Assembly (NCBI GenBank): GCA_023205875.1
Contig: CP060754.1
Coordinates: forward strand, 620,001 to 684,000
From: Chloropicon primus
Lineage: Eukaryota
Direction: 5' to 3'
Length of the DNA: 64,000 bases
Both the position numbers and the translations under genes were made by a program. This document shows, piece after piece, positions 1-10,689 of the stretch. Each line of letters begins with the position of its first letter. Within the stretch, counting starts at the first letter, position 1. A model generated the notes under the pieces. The model saw only the letters and a program-made list of their open reading frames with translations, was not told the DNA's origin and did not search any database.

Positions 1-2211
1 AAAAGGGACGCTCTCTATACGTGTATACAGGCGGTCGCCAGCGGAATAAATGACGTGCTGAATGAACATGAAGGGGAAGACGAAAGAATGGAAGAAGCAT
101 GTGTGGTGCCTAAACGGGTTACTTTGCCGGAGAAAGAAGTCGATGGCAAGTCGACCACTGGGGCTGAGGAGCAAGATCTCCTGAGTCTTCTCTTGGAGAA
201 AGATGAAAAGCAGATCATCTCGTCAAGCAATGCCGGAACCGCTGACGATGGCAAAATGGATTTGAACTTTGTGATCGAAGCCATTCAGCCCCAGTTCAAC
301 ATGGAATCGGAGGGTGCAAATGGTCGATTCCTCTTGTCTGCAGAGAAAGCGATCGTGAAAGGCTACAAGGGTTTTGTCGACGGGGTCTGCTTCCAGCAGA
401 AGAGTGAGATTGCCTTGCAATCGATTCAGATGCACATCTGTCAATTGGATGTCGACCCCAATGCCAAGGTTCAATGGCTGGATGCAGGCCAAGTGAAGTC
501 CGGGACTCTAGTGTCAGCCAACGAGTCTTTGCTGCACTCTGTCTTTGATCCGTGCTCGATTTCTTTGAATTTGTTTCAGAGAGGTCAGTATTTCGAGATC
601 GACATTGATTTGGCCTCCCTAACCCTCGCGCTTGATTCCAGGGAGTTTCAAATTACTTCTGACGTGGTGAGCAGGATTGCCCTTTCCCCCTTCCCAAAGA
701 TGTCGGAAAAGGTAAGCTTGTCCCTGCTTGGCTCCGACATGCTACAGATCACGAAACTGGGCATGTTCGCCTCACCAGAGCAACTGGATAGTTTCCAATC
801 TTTGAATAGAGCAGCCTACGAGGATCTGCAGAACATCGTGTACGCCCAGCAAATCTCAAAACGAGCTGTGGAAGAAGTGATTGAAAAGCCGGGAATCCGG
901 TGCCCAGATGCCTCGTACTTGAAGGAGAGGTTGGGCGAAAACATGAGGTACACTTTGCAGGAGAAGAAGGACCTTGTGAAGACATTGCTGCAGGCCGAGA
1001 AAAAGGCTAAAGCCTTGTCCAGCACAAACCACAAGCACACGAAGGTTTCTTTGAAGGTCAACGAGGTGAAGTGGTCTCTCTGCAAAGACAGAAAGGTCTT
1101 TATGGAGGCGACCTTGAAGAAGGTCAACTTCTCGAGGGTCCGTTACGAGGACTTTTCTGGAATAACAAGATTTCAGATCGGGGATGTCACCTGCGTCGCA
1201 AGCATTTTGGACGAGAAAGAAAACGTGAACACGTACGAGGTCCTCAGAAATTGGCAGATCAAGGAGTACGACTCTGTCCCTTTCATCCACATCTACATGG
1301 TCGCCAACGGGGAGAGCAATGGGTTGTCCTCCTTTGAGCTTTGTGACATCACCATGCATCCGATTGAAATATCCATGGCGCAAAAGACGGCCTCGGAGAT
1401 TCAAAAGTACTTTTTCCACAAGACCCTTAGCCCTGAGGAGAGGCAAAAGTTGTGGTCCCACGTCAGCAGCAGCTCTCCAGCGCCCCCAAGGAAAAGTGCG
1501 AACTTGGCCGAGAAGCCAGGGAAAGATGAATCGGGAGAGCAAAGCCCGGGGAGCTCTAGTCGGAGCCACCACAAGTCAACCCGCTCTCTGGATCTCAGTG
1601 CCCGCTCCATGGAGTCCGCGCTGTCTTCCCAATCCCAGGAGGTGTCCCACGTCCGAGCAAAATCGTTCGCGATGAGCGCGACGGACTACCTGCTCGAGGA
1701 CGAGGACATGGACGAGAACTTGTCTATGCTTGATCTCCTGAATGGGGGCTTCCCCCTGTCCCCATCGGACAGGAAGCTCATCCGCCAGGACAGCATGAAG
1801 CAGGAAAGGGGAATCCTCCTGAACAAAGTCAGGTTCAACGAGTTGGGCATCAAAGTCAGTTTCGAGAGCATCGTCCTGAACGTTTCGGACATGAAGGTGT
1901 ATCTGGACACCTTCAACTATCTTTACTACAAGGGGACGTGGAAGGACTTGCTGGACAAGGTGAAGTGGAACATCGTCAAATCGGTGGTCAAGAATGTAGC
2001 AGGGTTCCAATTCGGCAAAATCAAGGCGTTCACCAGCAGCCTCACGCCGAGTAAACTGAAACCCATATCGGCGAAGAAAAAATCCATCTTCTCCTGGAAT
2101 CGCGGCGAGTCTCCTCCCGGAAGCTCCGAGAAGAAGGGCGAGAAAGACAAGTCTGAGGACGCCATGCAGAAGAGGAAGCTTCTCTTTGGCGACAAGTACG
2201 TGAAGAAATAG
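1..2211 (+). CDS. 5'-truncated SABRE/KINKY POLLEN (BLTP2/FMP27, Apt1 domain) bridge-like lipid transfer protein, C-terminal part
   Basis: Open frame runs from the window edge. Motifs PQFNMESEGANGRFLL, LDVDPNAKVQWL and C-terminal GTWKDLLDKVKWNIVKSV resemble plant SABRE/KIP. TGTAA at 2264-2268. Confidence 0.75.
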   Translation, partial: KRDALYTCIQAVASGINDVLNEHEGEDERMEEACVVPKRVTLPEKEVDGKSTTGAEEQDLLSLLLEKDEKQIISSSNAGTADDGKMDLNFVIEAIQPQFNMESEGANGRFLLSAEKAIVKGYKGFVDGVCFQQKSEIALQSIQMHICQLDVDPNAKVQWLDAGQVKSGTLVSANESLLHSVFDPCSISLNLFQRGQYFEIDIDLASLTLALDSREFQITSDVVSRIALSPFPKMSEKVSLSLLGSDMLQITKLGMFASPEQLDSFQSLNRAAYEDLQNIVYAQQISKRAVEEVIEKPGIRCPDASYLKERLGENMRYTLQEKKDLVKTLLQAEKKAKALSSTNHKHTKVSLKVNEVKWSLCKDRKVFMEATLKKVNFSRVRYEDFSGITRFQIGDVTCVASILDEKENVNTYEVLRNWQIKEYDSVPFIHIYMVANGESNGLSSFELCDITMHPIEISMAQKTASEIQKYFFHKTLSPEERQKLWSHVSSSSPAPPRKSANLAEKPGKDESGEQSPGSSSRSHHKSTRSLDLSARSMESALSSQSQEVSHVRAKSFAMSATDYLLEDEDMDENLSMLDLLNGGFPLSPSDRKLIRQDSMKQERGILLNKVRFNELGIKVSFESIVLNVSDMKVYLDTFNYLYYKGTWKDLLDKVKWNIVKSVVKNVAGFQFGKIKAFTSSLTPSKLKPISAKKKSIFSWNRGESPPGSSEKKGEKDKSEDAMQKRKLLFGDKYVKK

Positions 2212-2277
2212 AAGAAAGCGAAAGAAAATGTATATATAAAAGAATTGATTGGTATACAAGATGTGTAAGATTAAGGG

Positions 2278-3135
2278 CTACTGTAAGAGTACATCATTGT
2301 AGATAGTTTGCAAGCAGCAAACGTATTCGTTTTCGTGTTCCCTGAGCAAGTTGACGTGTTTGCCCGTTTCCCACTTCTTGGCGAGAGCCACCTTTTTGCC
2401 GCCCTCCTCCTGCCTGCTGATAAACTCCTCGATCGCTCGATACCCGATGACCTTGTCCTCCGCGCTGTACAAGTAGAATTGCTTGGCCTTTTCGAGTGAC
2501 CCAAAGCTGCGAAGCACCGAGGCGTTCCAGTCGCCATATATCATCCGGTCGTAGACTGCCCAGCCATTGTCCCAGAAGGTCTTGAACCACTTCCTGTTGT
2601 AAACGGACAAGGCCGTCTCCTCGTCCTTCGCCTTCAGAACCCCTGTCAGCACACCGACGACCGCATCCTCCCGGGTCAGCCCCAAGCTTGGCCCGCAGTC
2701 GAACACCACCGCAGCCACGGAGTCTTTGATCTCACACTTGAGGTCTTCCTGCAGCACGCTGCCGAAGAAGGTGAACCCGCCTTGGGAGAACAGGTGCCAG
2801 ACCACTTTCCCTTCTGGTTTGGGCAAGTTCTGCAGGAACTTCCTGGCTTCCCGTTCGCAGAACCTCCGCAACAAGATCGCCTTGACGCTCGGGGAGTAGC
2901 AGATCACCCGCTTGACCCCGATCTTCCTCCACGTCTCGCAGTACTTGTCGAGGTGCCTCTGCTGACTCCCAAACCAGCCCACGCAGATGACGCTAACGTC
3001 CTTGGCCCTCGAAACGCTCGGCGCATTCGCACGCTTCCTGAACGACGCCGCCTCCGTGTTCAGCGGCCGACGCGACTGCCCCACCGACCACGCGAGCACC
3101 GGGCTCGCCACCCTCGCCACCCCCCTCCACCGCAT
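2278..3135 (-). CDS. DUF829/TMEM53-family alpha/beta-hydrolase-like protein
   Basis: Motifs VGWFGSQQRHLDKY, HLFSQGG, VFDCGP, LYSAEDKVI, HVNLLREHENEY. Start taken at the first ATG (MRWRG). Confidence 0.8.
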   Translation of the reverse strand: MRWRGVARVASPVLAWSVGQSRRPLNTEAASFRKRANAPSVSRAKDVSVICVGWFGSQQRHLDKYCETWRKIGVKRVICYSPSVKAILLRRFCEREARKFLQNLPKPEGKVVWHLFSQGGFTFFGSVLQEDLKCEIKDSVAAVVFDCGPSLGLTREDAVVGVLTGVLKAKDEETALSVYNRKWFKTFWDNGWAVYDRMIYGDWNASVLRSFGSLEKAKQFYLYSAEDKVIGYRAIEEFISRQEEGGKKVALAKKWETGKHVNLLREHENEYVCCLQTIYNDVLLQ

Positions 3136-3400
3136 CGATAGACGCCTCCTCTTGTCCTCCTCGACCTCGACCTCGACCTCTCCGCTTCCCAGCCACAGCA
3201 ACAGCCCTGTGAGCAATAGCAGAGGGGGAGGAGGGAGGGAGAAGGAGGGAGTGGGAGAAGGAGGAGGGAGGAGGAGGAGTGCGAGGAGCGAGTCAAACCT
3301 AAAACCTAAAAGCAGCGAAGCCCAGGGAGCCCGAGCTGAGGGGTCGTGGTGTCGTCGTGGTGTCGTCGCTTGTCGTGCGGTCTTCCGTGTCGTCAGCACC

Positions 3401-5317
3401 ATGGCGTCGTCGAGCGGGAAGAAGGAGGTGGACAAGTGGACGCTGACGGAGGTGATAGGGCACGGGTCTTTCGCCAAGGTGTGGAAGGCGGTGCACAAGG
3501 AGACGAACCACGTTGCAGCGGTGAAAGAAATAAACACGGAGAGACTCAACAAGAAGCTTTTGGAGAGCCTGGCCTCGGAGATAGCCGTGCTGCAGCGTGT
3601 GAACCACCCGCACATCGTGAACCTTTACGAGACCATAAAGAGGCCGGAGAAGAGCAGGATATACCTCGTCCTCGAGTACTGCCAGGGCGGTGACCTGTCG
3701 CACTTTGTGAAAAAGAACGGCCGTCTCGGGGAGGAGCGGGTGTTGTACTTCATGCGTCAGCTGTGCTCGGGGCTCAAGCACCTCAGGAGCCTGAACCTGA
3801 TGCACAGGGACCTGAAGCCCCAGAACTTGCTGCTGTCCACCTCCAAGGACGAGGAGGGGAAGGTCGTGCTCAAGATAGCGGACTTTGGGTTTGCCAGGGA
3901 CTTGAGCATCCACGGCCTGGCGGACACGCTCTGCGGCTCGCCGCTCTACATGGCGCCCGAGATACTGCAGTACAAGCAGTACGACGTGAAGGCCGACCTG
4001 TGGAGCGTCGGGGCGATCCTTTTCGAGCTAGTCAGCGGGGTCCCGCCGTACACCGGGAGCAACCACATCCAGCTCCTGAAGAGCATAGAGCAGAAGGAGG
4101 CGAGGCTCCCGCTGGACTTGGAGCTTTCTGTTCCCTGCAGGCACCTCATCAAGTGCCTGCTGGAAAAGAACCCGATCCAGAGGCTCTCCTTCGAGGGCCT
4201 GTTCTCGCACCCGTTTATCACGGGGGACACGAAGTCCCTCGAGGTGGACCAACTGTCGAGGCACTTTCAGGGGCACAGCATCAGCCGGAGCATCACGTAC
4301 AAGGCCCAGGCCGTGAGCAGGAGCCAGGGAAGGAGGCATTCCGGGGGGGCGAGCGGAAGGAAAGGCGTCGGCGAGGAGGCCGATCCCACCCAGCCTAAGA
4401 AAAAGGTGTCTCCCGGACTCGCCCCCCCTTCGGAGAGAAGCGCGCAGGGCAACTCTCAGTGCAGCTCGCTGGAGAAGGAGTACGTTCTCATCGAGAGCCC
4501 GGGGCCGAACCAGGCGAGCTCGGCCTCGTCCCAACAGTCGTCGTCGCAGCAGAGCAGACCGAATTCAAGCAGCCTGAGGACGAGGGGTATGAGTCTTGGA
4601 AGCACCGACATGTTCCGTCAGTACGCGGTGAAGTCCACTCTCAAGGGATCTGGTCCGGAATCGGCGCCCTCGACACCGAAAAAGTCGAACTTCAACTTGC
4701 CAATCCACAGGCCCGAGAGCAACCTGGAAAGAATTTTGCTTCTTGAGAAGTGTGCCACGATCATAGACTCCCAGGCAAGCAACCAGGAGGACAACAGCAA
4801 CGCCTTTGCCCTGTACCTTTTCAGCGCAAAGCTTCTGGAGACGTGCTGCAGGTTGATCCAGACGGAGCTGTCCTCGGCATCAGAGAAGGCTCCGGCTGAG
4901 GACGATGAAGGGAACGACATCAATTTTGACGAGTTCCAGAAGAGCACCCTGGTGAAGATGGAGGACCAGCTGGTGAAGGCTCAGACTCTGGCGGAGACCA
5001 GGCTTATCCCAACCGACTCGAGTCACAACAACACGATCCCAGATCCCTTGGATTTGATATACAAGGAGGCCTTGGCGATTGCCAGGAAGGGGGCAGTCGA
5101 AGAGATCATGGGGAACTACGCAAGCGGAGCGGAAAGCTACTTTTGCGCCCTCAACCTGCTTTTCTTCATCTGCACGGAGGCAAAGGAGATCGCCTTCGAC
5201 CCACCCCTGACGCTGGACCAGGCGGAGCAGGCCAGGGTTTACAACTACACCCTGAACATCCAGGAGAGATACACCGCCTGCGCTGCACAGAACTCAGCAC
5301 TATCGCCGCAGGAGTGA
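3401..5317 (+). CDS. ATG1: Serine/threonine kinase ATG1
   Basis: GHGSFAKV, HRDLKPQNLLL, DFGFAR, TLCGSPLYMAPE, AIM-like EYVLI, C-terminal MIT-like helical region. TGTAA at 5365. Confidence 0.9.
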   Translation: MASSSGKKEVDKWTLTEVIGHGSFAKVWKAVHKETNHVAAVKEINTERLNKKLLESLASEIAVLQRVNHPHIVNLYETIKRPEKSRIYLVLEYCQGGDLSHFVKKNGRLGEERVLYFMRQLCSGLKHLRSLNLMHRDLKPQNLLLSTSKDEEGKVVLKIADFGFARDLSIHGLADTLCGSPLYMAPEILQYKQYDVKADLWSVGAILFELVSGVPPYTGSNHIQLLKSIEQKEARLPLDLELSVPCRHLIKCLLEKNPIQRLSFEGLFSHPFITGDTKSLEVDQLSRHFQGHSISRSITYKAQAVSRSQGRRHSGGASGRKGVGEEADPTQPKKKVSPGLAPPSERSAQGNSQCSSLEKEYVLIESPGPNQASSASSQQSSSQQSRPNSSSLRTRGMSLGSTDMFRQYAVKSTLKGSGPESAPSTPKKSNFNLPIHRPESNLERILLLEKCATIIDSQASNQEDNSNAFALYLFSAKLLETCCRLIQTELSSASEKAPAEDDEGNDINFDEFQKSTLVKMEDQLVKAQTLAETRLIPTDSSHNNTIPDPLDLIYKEALAIARKGAVEEIMGNYASGAESYFCALNLLFFICTEAKEIAFDPPLTLDQAEQARVYNYTLNIQERYTACAAQNSALSPQE

Positions 5318-5402
5318 GGCCCCGTCCGTTGAACGGCAGTTTTGTGTTCTGTACAACATCGATATGTAAAACAAAAAGATGATATTATTGTTACAACTAT
5401 AT

Positions 5403-6228
5403 TTACTTGGAGCCCCCAATGAGGGAGAGCACGCCCTTTGAGATTCTGGTCTGTTTCTTGTCCGTCACGGGGTCCGGGCGAGCCTTCTTCTGGGGGAAGA
5501 CCCTCGCGCTCCTCTTCTCCTCAATGCTCCTGAGCATATCCTCGCCGCCAATGTCCCGTTTCCTCTTCTCGATCTCTGAGATGACCTTGGCCTGGTCCAC
5601 CTTGGACAGGTAGAAGTCTCTCTCCTTCCTCGCGGCGGATACCTCGGCAGCAAGCTTCTGGTCCCTCACCCTCCGCCTGTACGCAATGTCCTCGGTGAGG
5701 TTCTCCCACTTGAAGCCGGGGAGGTACTTGAGGTTCCAAAGGTCGTAGTAGTACTTGGAGCGCTTCTTCCTCCCCCCCATGGGCTCCCCGTTCAGCAGCC
5801 TCGCCACATGCTTGGCCACCTTCTTGTCCACGAACTCGATCCAGCCCTCGCTGTAGCTCTTCCCCTGCTTCTTGCCGTTCTTCGCCTTGGAGCCCGAGCC
5901 GTGCTCCAGAGCAAGGTACACCCGGTCTATCTTCCCATGGACGGACAGCATCTGCTTCAGCCGCATGGGTTTCAGGTGAGGTGGTATGCGGCTTATGTAC
6001 ACTATACCTGGGAGAAGCAGCCGTACGAGAGCAAACGAGTCACTGTCAGAGGGCCAGCCCAACAAGACGCACAGGCAGGTCTGCAGACTTACCACTCTTT
6101 TTCTTCTTCCCGACCTTTCCCACGGTCCCTTTCAGTATCTCCTCCCTCGTGGGCACCTTGGCAATCCTCTTCTCTCCTACCCTTCCCTCATCCCTCCTCT
6201 CACTCGGTTCGCCCATCGCCTCCTCCAT
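5403..6228 (-). CDS. ESF2: Pre-rRNA processing protein ESF2/ABT1 (2 exons: 6228-6093, 6007-5403)
   Basis: GIVYISRIPP, EGWIEF, YYDLWNLKYLPGFKW. GTAAGT...CAG intron at 6092-6008 restores the frame. Confidence 0.88.
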
Positions 6229-6321
6229 CGCCTCCCTCCTCTCCTCTCTCTCGCCCCTCCTCCCCTCGTCTTGTTTTGAGGGACGGGTTTCAGCCGAAGC
6301 GGATAACGACGGGTAACGAGG

Positions 6322-7956
6322 ATGACGGTGATACCGGAGAAGCACCTGTTGAGCCAGATAGGGCACCTGCTGAACGCCCAGGCGGTGAGGGGACAGGAGG
6401 AGACGAGCCCGTCTTCTCTGGGAGCGGTTGTTCGACGCGTGCCGGGAGAGCCGAGCCCGTTGCCCCAGAAGCAACCGAGTGGGATATCACGATCCGAGCA
6501 GCTGTTGGGTCTCCAGAGGTACTTGAATTTCCCTTTCGTTCCGGCGTATGTGGGCAAGGACGGCGGTGTTGTGCTGGACAGGGTGGTTCACACCCTTGGC
6601 AGCCGGGGGAGCTCGTGGTGGGCGACGATAACCGCGCGGCTGAGGGCACAGAGGGCGTGGTTTCAGCACAAGGAAGGGAAGAGCAGGAAAAACTCCTTGG
6701 TGGACCCCAAAAACTACGCTTTGAGCGTGCAGACGAACAGCAGGGTGTCGAGGCTCCTGTCCGTGTGCGCGAATCTAGAGTTCGATGACTTCAACCAGGT
6801 GGTCTCCTTGGCGAATGGGAGGGAGAGCGAGGTCCCTCTGAGGATGCAGGCCGAGCTCAAGCAGAAGCTGCCCATGCACCAGCTCACGGCGGAGGCCGTC
6901 CTTCACGGGAGGTACAGGAGCTCGAACGAGGGTACCGTCGCCATCCCGAGGGTTCTGTCAGCCGACATTGCCTCTGACAGCAGGAGGAGCGGGCTCAGGT
7001 ACCAGGCTGGCGTCTTCCAGGTGGTCTCCAACAAGGACGCGAAAGATATTTTCGACCAAGACATCTCGGAGCTCCACACCTCCACCTTCCTGCAGTGCGC
7101 GGCCACGATGGAGAAGGACTTCGTGCTGTGGAAGGGGAGGAAATCAAACGACACTCGGAAGCAAAAGGCTCGGGCGCTCAGTCCTTTTGAGCTGGCTTAC
7201 AGCACCAGCAAATTCAGCTCGGAGATTTCCAAGCACCTCAAGCAGCCCAGGGACTCGTCCACGAAACCCAAGGAGAAGGCGGTGTCCTCGCCAAGGAGAA
7301 GGATGCCTTTCAGTGCGCTGCTCCACACCCCCTACCTCAGTTTCGGCGGGGTGGCCGGCGTCCTGGCCCAAGGCAGGCTGAGGACGGAGCCCGCGGGAGA
7401 AGAGAATGCCGGGTTCCTTTCGAGGGTCCCGGGGCTCCTTAGCGTGGGTGACAATTCCTTCTGGACCACAAGGAGGTTCTTCGCCTCCACGGGGCTGAAC
7501 ATGCAGCTGGGCAACTTTTCGAAGCACCTCTTGGATTTTACTTCCCTTTCGGTGAAGCTCGACACGGGAATACCCGTTGCCTCGGAGCACCCCTCCCCCC
7601 TGGATCCGCAGGGGGGAGGGGGCGGCATCACCAAGGTGCCTGGCCTGAAGCACGGCCTGCTGGACCACTACCAGCAGAGGAAGCACATGCTTAGCGCTTC
7701 CGTGGCGCAGCAAGTGTTTGGTCCCCTCAGAGTTCGGGCTGACGCAAGGTGCGAGATCGAGTTGCGGAAACCAAAGGAGAACGCCCCGGTCCTCGAGCAG
7801 CTGAGCTCGGTTGCGTGCTTCCCGGGGGGGGCGCCCAAGCCGGAGATTGTTTACGGTTTGGACTGCCAGCTTCCCTACCTCAACGGTGCCGCGAGGTTTT
7901 CGTTGTGGTACTCGCCCACGAGGAAGGAGGGTCTGGGCGAGATCAGGTTGCTGTGA
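6322..7956 (+). CDS. TGD4: TGD4-like chloroplast outer-envelope lipid transfer protein
   Basis: LLDFTSLSVKLD, QQVFGPLRVRAD and C-terminal WYSPTRKEGLGEIRLL resemble trigalactosyldiacylglycerol 4. Confidence 0.7.
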   Translation: MTVIPEKHLLSQIGHLLNAQAVRGQEETSPSSLGAVVRRVPGEPSPLPQKQPSGISRSEQLLGLQRYLNFPFVPAYVGKDGGVVLDRVVHTLGSRGSSWWATITARLRAQRAWFQHKEGKSRKNSLVDPKNYALSVQTNSRVSRLLSVCANLEFDDFNQVVSLANGRESEVPLRMQAELKQKLPMHQLTAEAVLHGRYRSSNEGTVAIPRVLSADIASDSRRSGLRYQAGVFQVVSNKDAKDIFDQDISELHTSTFLQCAATMEKDFVLWKGRKSNDTRKQKARALSPFELAYSTSKFSSEISKHLKQPRDSSTKPKEKAVSSPRRRMPFSALLHTPYLSFGGVAGVLAQGRLRTEPAGEENAGFLSRVPGLLSVGDNSFWTTRRFFASTGLNMQLGNFSKHLLDFTSLSVKLDTGIPVASEHPSPLDPQGGGGGITKVPGLKHGLLDHYQQRKHMLSASVAQQVFGPLRVRADARCEIELRKPKENAPVLEQLSSVACFPGGAPKPEIVYGLDCQLPYLNGAARFSLWYSPTRKEGLGEIRLL

Positions 7957-8030
7957 CGCAATGCCAACTAATCGTCGTGTTTCACCATACTTGTGTGTTC
8001 TTCAAAGGGTTATTCTTTGTACCAGGCACG

Positions 8031-8283
8031 CTACTCGTCGTCGTCCTCGTCAGAGGAGTCTTCCGGATCACGCTTCCTCTTGCCGAGTTCCCCTTCGCTC
8101 TCCTCCTCTTCGCTAGACTCCTCCCCCTCTTCTTCGGCATCAAAGTCGTTCGTGTCCTTACCAACATCCCCACCCAGCAGGAACGCGGTTCCCGGCTCCT
8201 CATCGTCGTCGTCGTCGTCGTCGTCGTCAGACTCAACCTGAGGCAAGCCTTCCTCCTCCGCTTCGTCCGAATCCGAGTCATCA

Positions 8284-8323
<40 letters not shown>

Positions 8324-8905
8324 TGGGGGCGGGGGGTACAAACGCACGAGTGAAGGAGTCAGTGACAAAGAAAACTCGTCTGCAAGGGCGCACCTGTCGA
8401 ACTCACCTGTCGTCGTCGTCGTCGTCGTCGTCGTCGCTATCGTCGTCGCTATCGTCGTCGCTACCCGACACGTCCTCCTCGTCGTCGTCGTCGTCGTCAC
8501 TGCTCGATCCCTCTATGTCGACCTGCACACGAGAGCGAACGGGACCCGCGTCAGTCGTCGCCGCGCAGCCAAGCGCCCAGGGGCGTTCCCAAAACTACTT
8601 ACCTCCTCAATGTCCTCCTCCTCTACCTCCGACTCCTTCTCCGAGTCGTCCGACTCCTCGTCCTCGCCCGCCTCCGCGTCCTCCTGAACCTGGCCCTCTT
8701 GCTCGCTGTCCTCCTGCACGCCGAAATTGTTGCCCTGGCCCAGGGCCTCCGCCAAAACCGTGGTGGTCGCCTCGCCAGCCACCCCGAGACCTTGGCGCCA
8801 AACTAGGTCTTCACCCGTGGCAGGTGGAAGCCCTTCCTTGCTCACGCCAGCGGGAGCCGCCGCTCGCAAGTACCTCCTCTCCACAATGCTCGCCTTGTCC
8901 GGCAT
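8031..8905 (-). CDS. Highly acidic nuclear protein (3 exons: 8905-8603, 8522-8407, 8322-8031)
   Basis: Two GT-AG introns join into a 236-aa frame with poly-Asp/Glu tracts and a C-terminal KRKR NLS. The (GTC)n tracts are Asp codons. Confidence 0.7.
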
Positions 8906-9029
8906 CTCTCGCCTCTCTCGTCCTCACAACAACAGCAACAACAACCTCTGTCTCTAGTAGGCTCTCCTCCTGTGCTACCGAACCATCCCCATGGCCATTT
9001 CAACTCAACAACTCAACCCTCCTTTGAAA

Positions 9030-9089
9030 AGGCGGGAGCGCGGAAAAACCCTACAGGCGGGGAGCGCGGAAAAACCCTACAAACCCTAA
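9030..9089. promoter_or_regulatory. Duplicated ~25-bp motif with three telo-boxes (AAACCCTA)
   Basis: AGGCGGGAGCGCGGAAAAACCCTAC x2 followed by AAACCCTAA, about 130 bp upstream of the acidic protein start. Confidence 0.6.
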
Positions 9090-9324
9090 TGATCCTTTCA
9101 GGGGCGGGGAAAGAGGGGAAAAGAAAGGATCTCCCCCTCGGACCCAAGGCCATGGCCATGGCTTGGCTTGTCCTCGCGGGGATGGGAAGGAAGGAGGGGT
9201 GGTGTGAGGGCGGTGGTGGCGGTTGCAATTTGTTGCTGGGATCTAAAAAATGTTTGAACCACAAGCAGGGCAGGCCCAGCCTTGCCCGAGTGTTGTTTGC
9301 TTATTCGCCGGTCGTCGCCAGCCC

Positions 9325-10110
9325 TCAAGTGGTGTCGTAGAAATCCAGCTTCTCCGTGATCGGGATCACGGTGACCTTATCCTCGTCGACGAATGTCTCC
9401 CCCGTCGCCCCCGGGCTCTCTCCAGCGGCTTCCCCCTGCGAGGGCACCGTGTAGACCAGGTTGGGTCCGGGCTGCCAGGCCACGATGGCCATCTTCCTGA
9501 CGATGGCCTCGGTCACCGGCTCCGTCACGTCCCCGGACGGCCTGTAGAGCGGGACCAGGCCCTCCGCCGCCTCGTCGTCCTGCTTGGTCCAGTTCTGGTC
9601 CTCCAGGACGACGTACTTGTACTCTATCCTCGCGCCCTCGGGGAAGTTGAGCTCGATGGTCCACCAGTCCCCCTCGGTCCAGTTCAGCGGGTTGCGCGCG
9701 ATGCTCAGGAAGGACCAGCCGAGCGGGGCCATGGAGCCCGCCACGGCGAGCATTTGCCTGCTGTGGCAGCGGTACTGGAGCCTGAACCTGACTCGCACCT
9801 GCTTGGCTTGATTACTGGCGTTCGCGCCGCTCGCGCTGGATTTCCTCTGGTCCCGACCGCTGACGTACTTGCTCACCCCAGCGGAGTCTACAATCGAGTC
9901 TTCTTTCGAGCACCGCGCCGCCAGGTTGTTCGCCCCCCTCCACCCCCTTGCCCTCCTCCGCCTCGCTCCCTCCGCGTGAGCCCACTCGGACGGCGAGGAA
10001 GACATCATCATCCTGCTCGTGCTCGCGCAACCCCCCCCCCTCACCGTCGTCCCCGCGGCGTGGGTCTGCTCCCGCACCGGCATCCCGCGCAGCGCCCCAC
10101 AAACCTTCAT
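9325..10110 (-). CDS. CBM20 starch-binding domain protein, probable plastid transit peptide
   Basis: VRVRFRLQY, GSMAPLGW, LNWTEGDWW, IEYKYVV, WQPGPN. Confidence 0.8.
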   Translation of the reverse strand: MKVCGALRGMPVREQTHAAGTTVRGGGCASTSRMMMSSSPSEWAHAEGARRRRARGWRGANNLAARCSKEDSIVDSAGVSKYVSGRDQRKSSASGANASNQAKQVRVRFRLQYRCHSRQMLAVAGSMAPLGWSFLSIARNPLNWTEGDWWTIELNFPEGARIEYKYVVLEDQNWTKQDDEAAEGLVPLYRPSGDVTEPVTEAIVRKMAIVAWQPGPNLVYTVPSQGEAAGESPGATGETFVDEDKVTVIPITEKLDFYDTT

Positions 10111-10689
10111 CCTCGCCCAAGACTCGCCCTCCCAGGACCCAACTCCAAGCACAAGAAACTTCCAACTCCCCCCTCAACTCCAACTCCCCTCCTTCCCCCT
10201 CTCCTCCGTCCGTTCCTTTCCCACACGACACGAGTTTCGTCTCTCGCCGACAGAGACCGACCGACCTCCTCCTTCATTTTCGCGCCCTAAAGCTGAAGGT
10301 CCGAAAAGAAAGGAGGAAGAGTCTTCGTCTCTCGAGGCGGGCGCAAGGCAAGAGGTCCTGACCCGACCGTGGCGCTGTACGGGTAGTTGAGGTTTTGAGG
10401 ACGAGGGAGGGAGGTCTGGAGGGGTTGGCCGAAGGGATATTTTATCTCGCGACGGAACCCTCGCTCGCTCGCTCACTGTGCGTCGTCCGGCCGGAGGGTG
10501 GTTCTTTGTTTTGTGTTTGCGCGCGAAGGGGACAAGGGGTGGGGGAGGGTAAAGGTTTAGGCTTCCCCAAGGGGTGGGGGAGAAGGTCGCACGGGGTCCT
10601 CTTTTCGCGCGAAAGCGGACGCGAAAAGCGAACCGGAGACGGAGACAACGTGGATAGAGAGGCAGAGAGACAGTGATAGAGAGTGGCAT

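Noticed and set aside
8200..8500. (GTC)n microsatellites
   Set aside because: Explained by poly-Asp codons on the minus strand.
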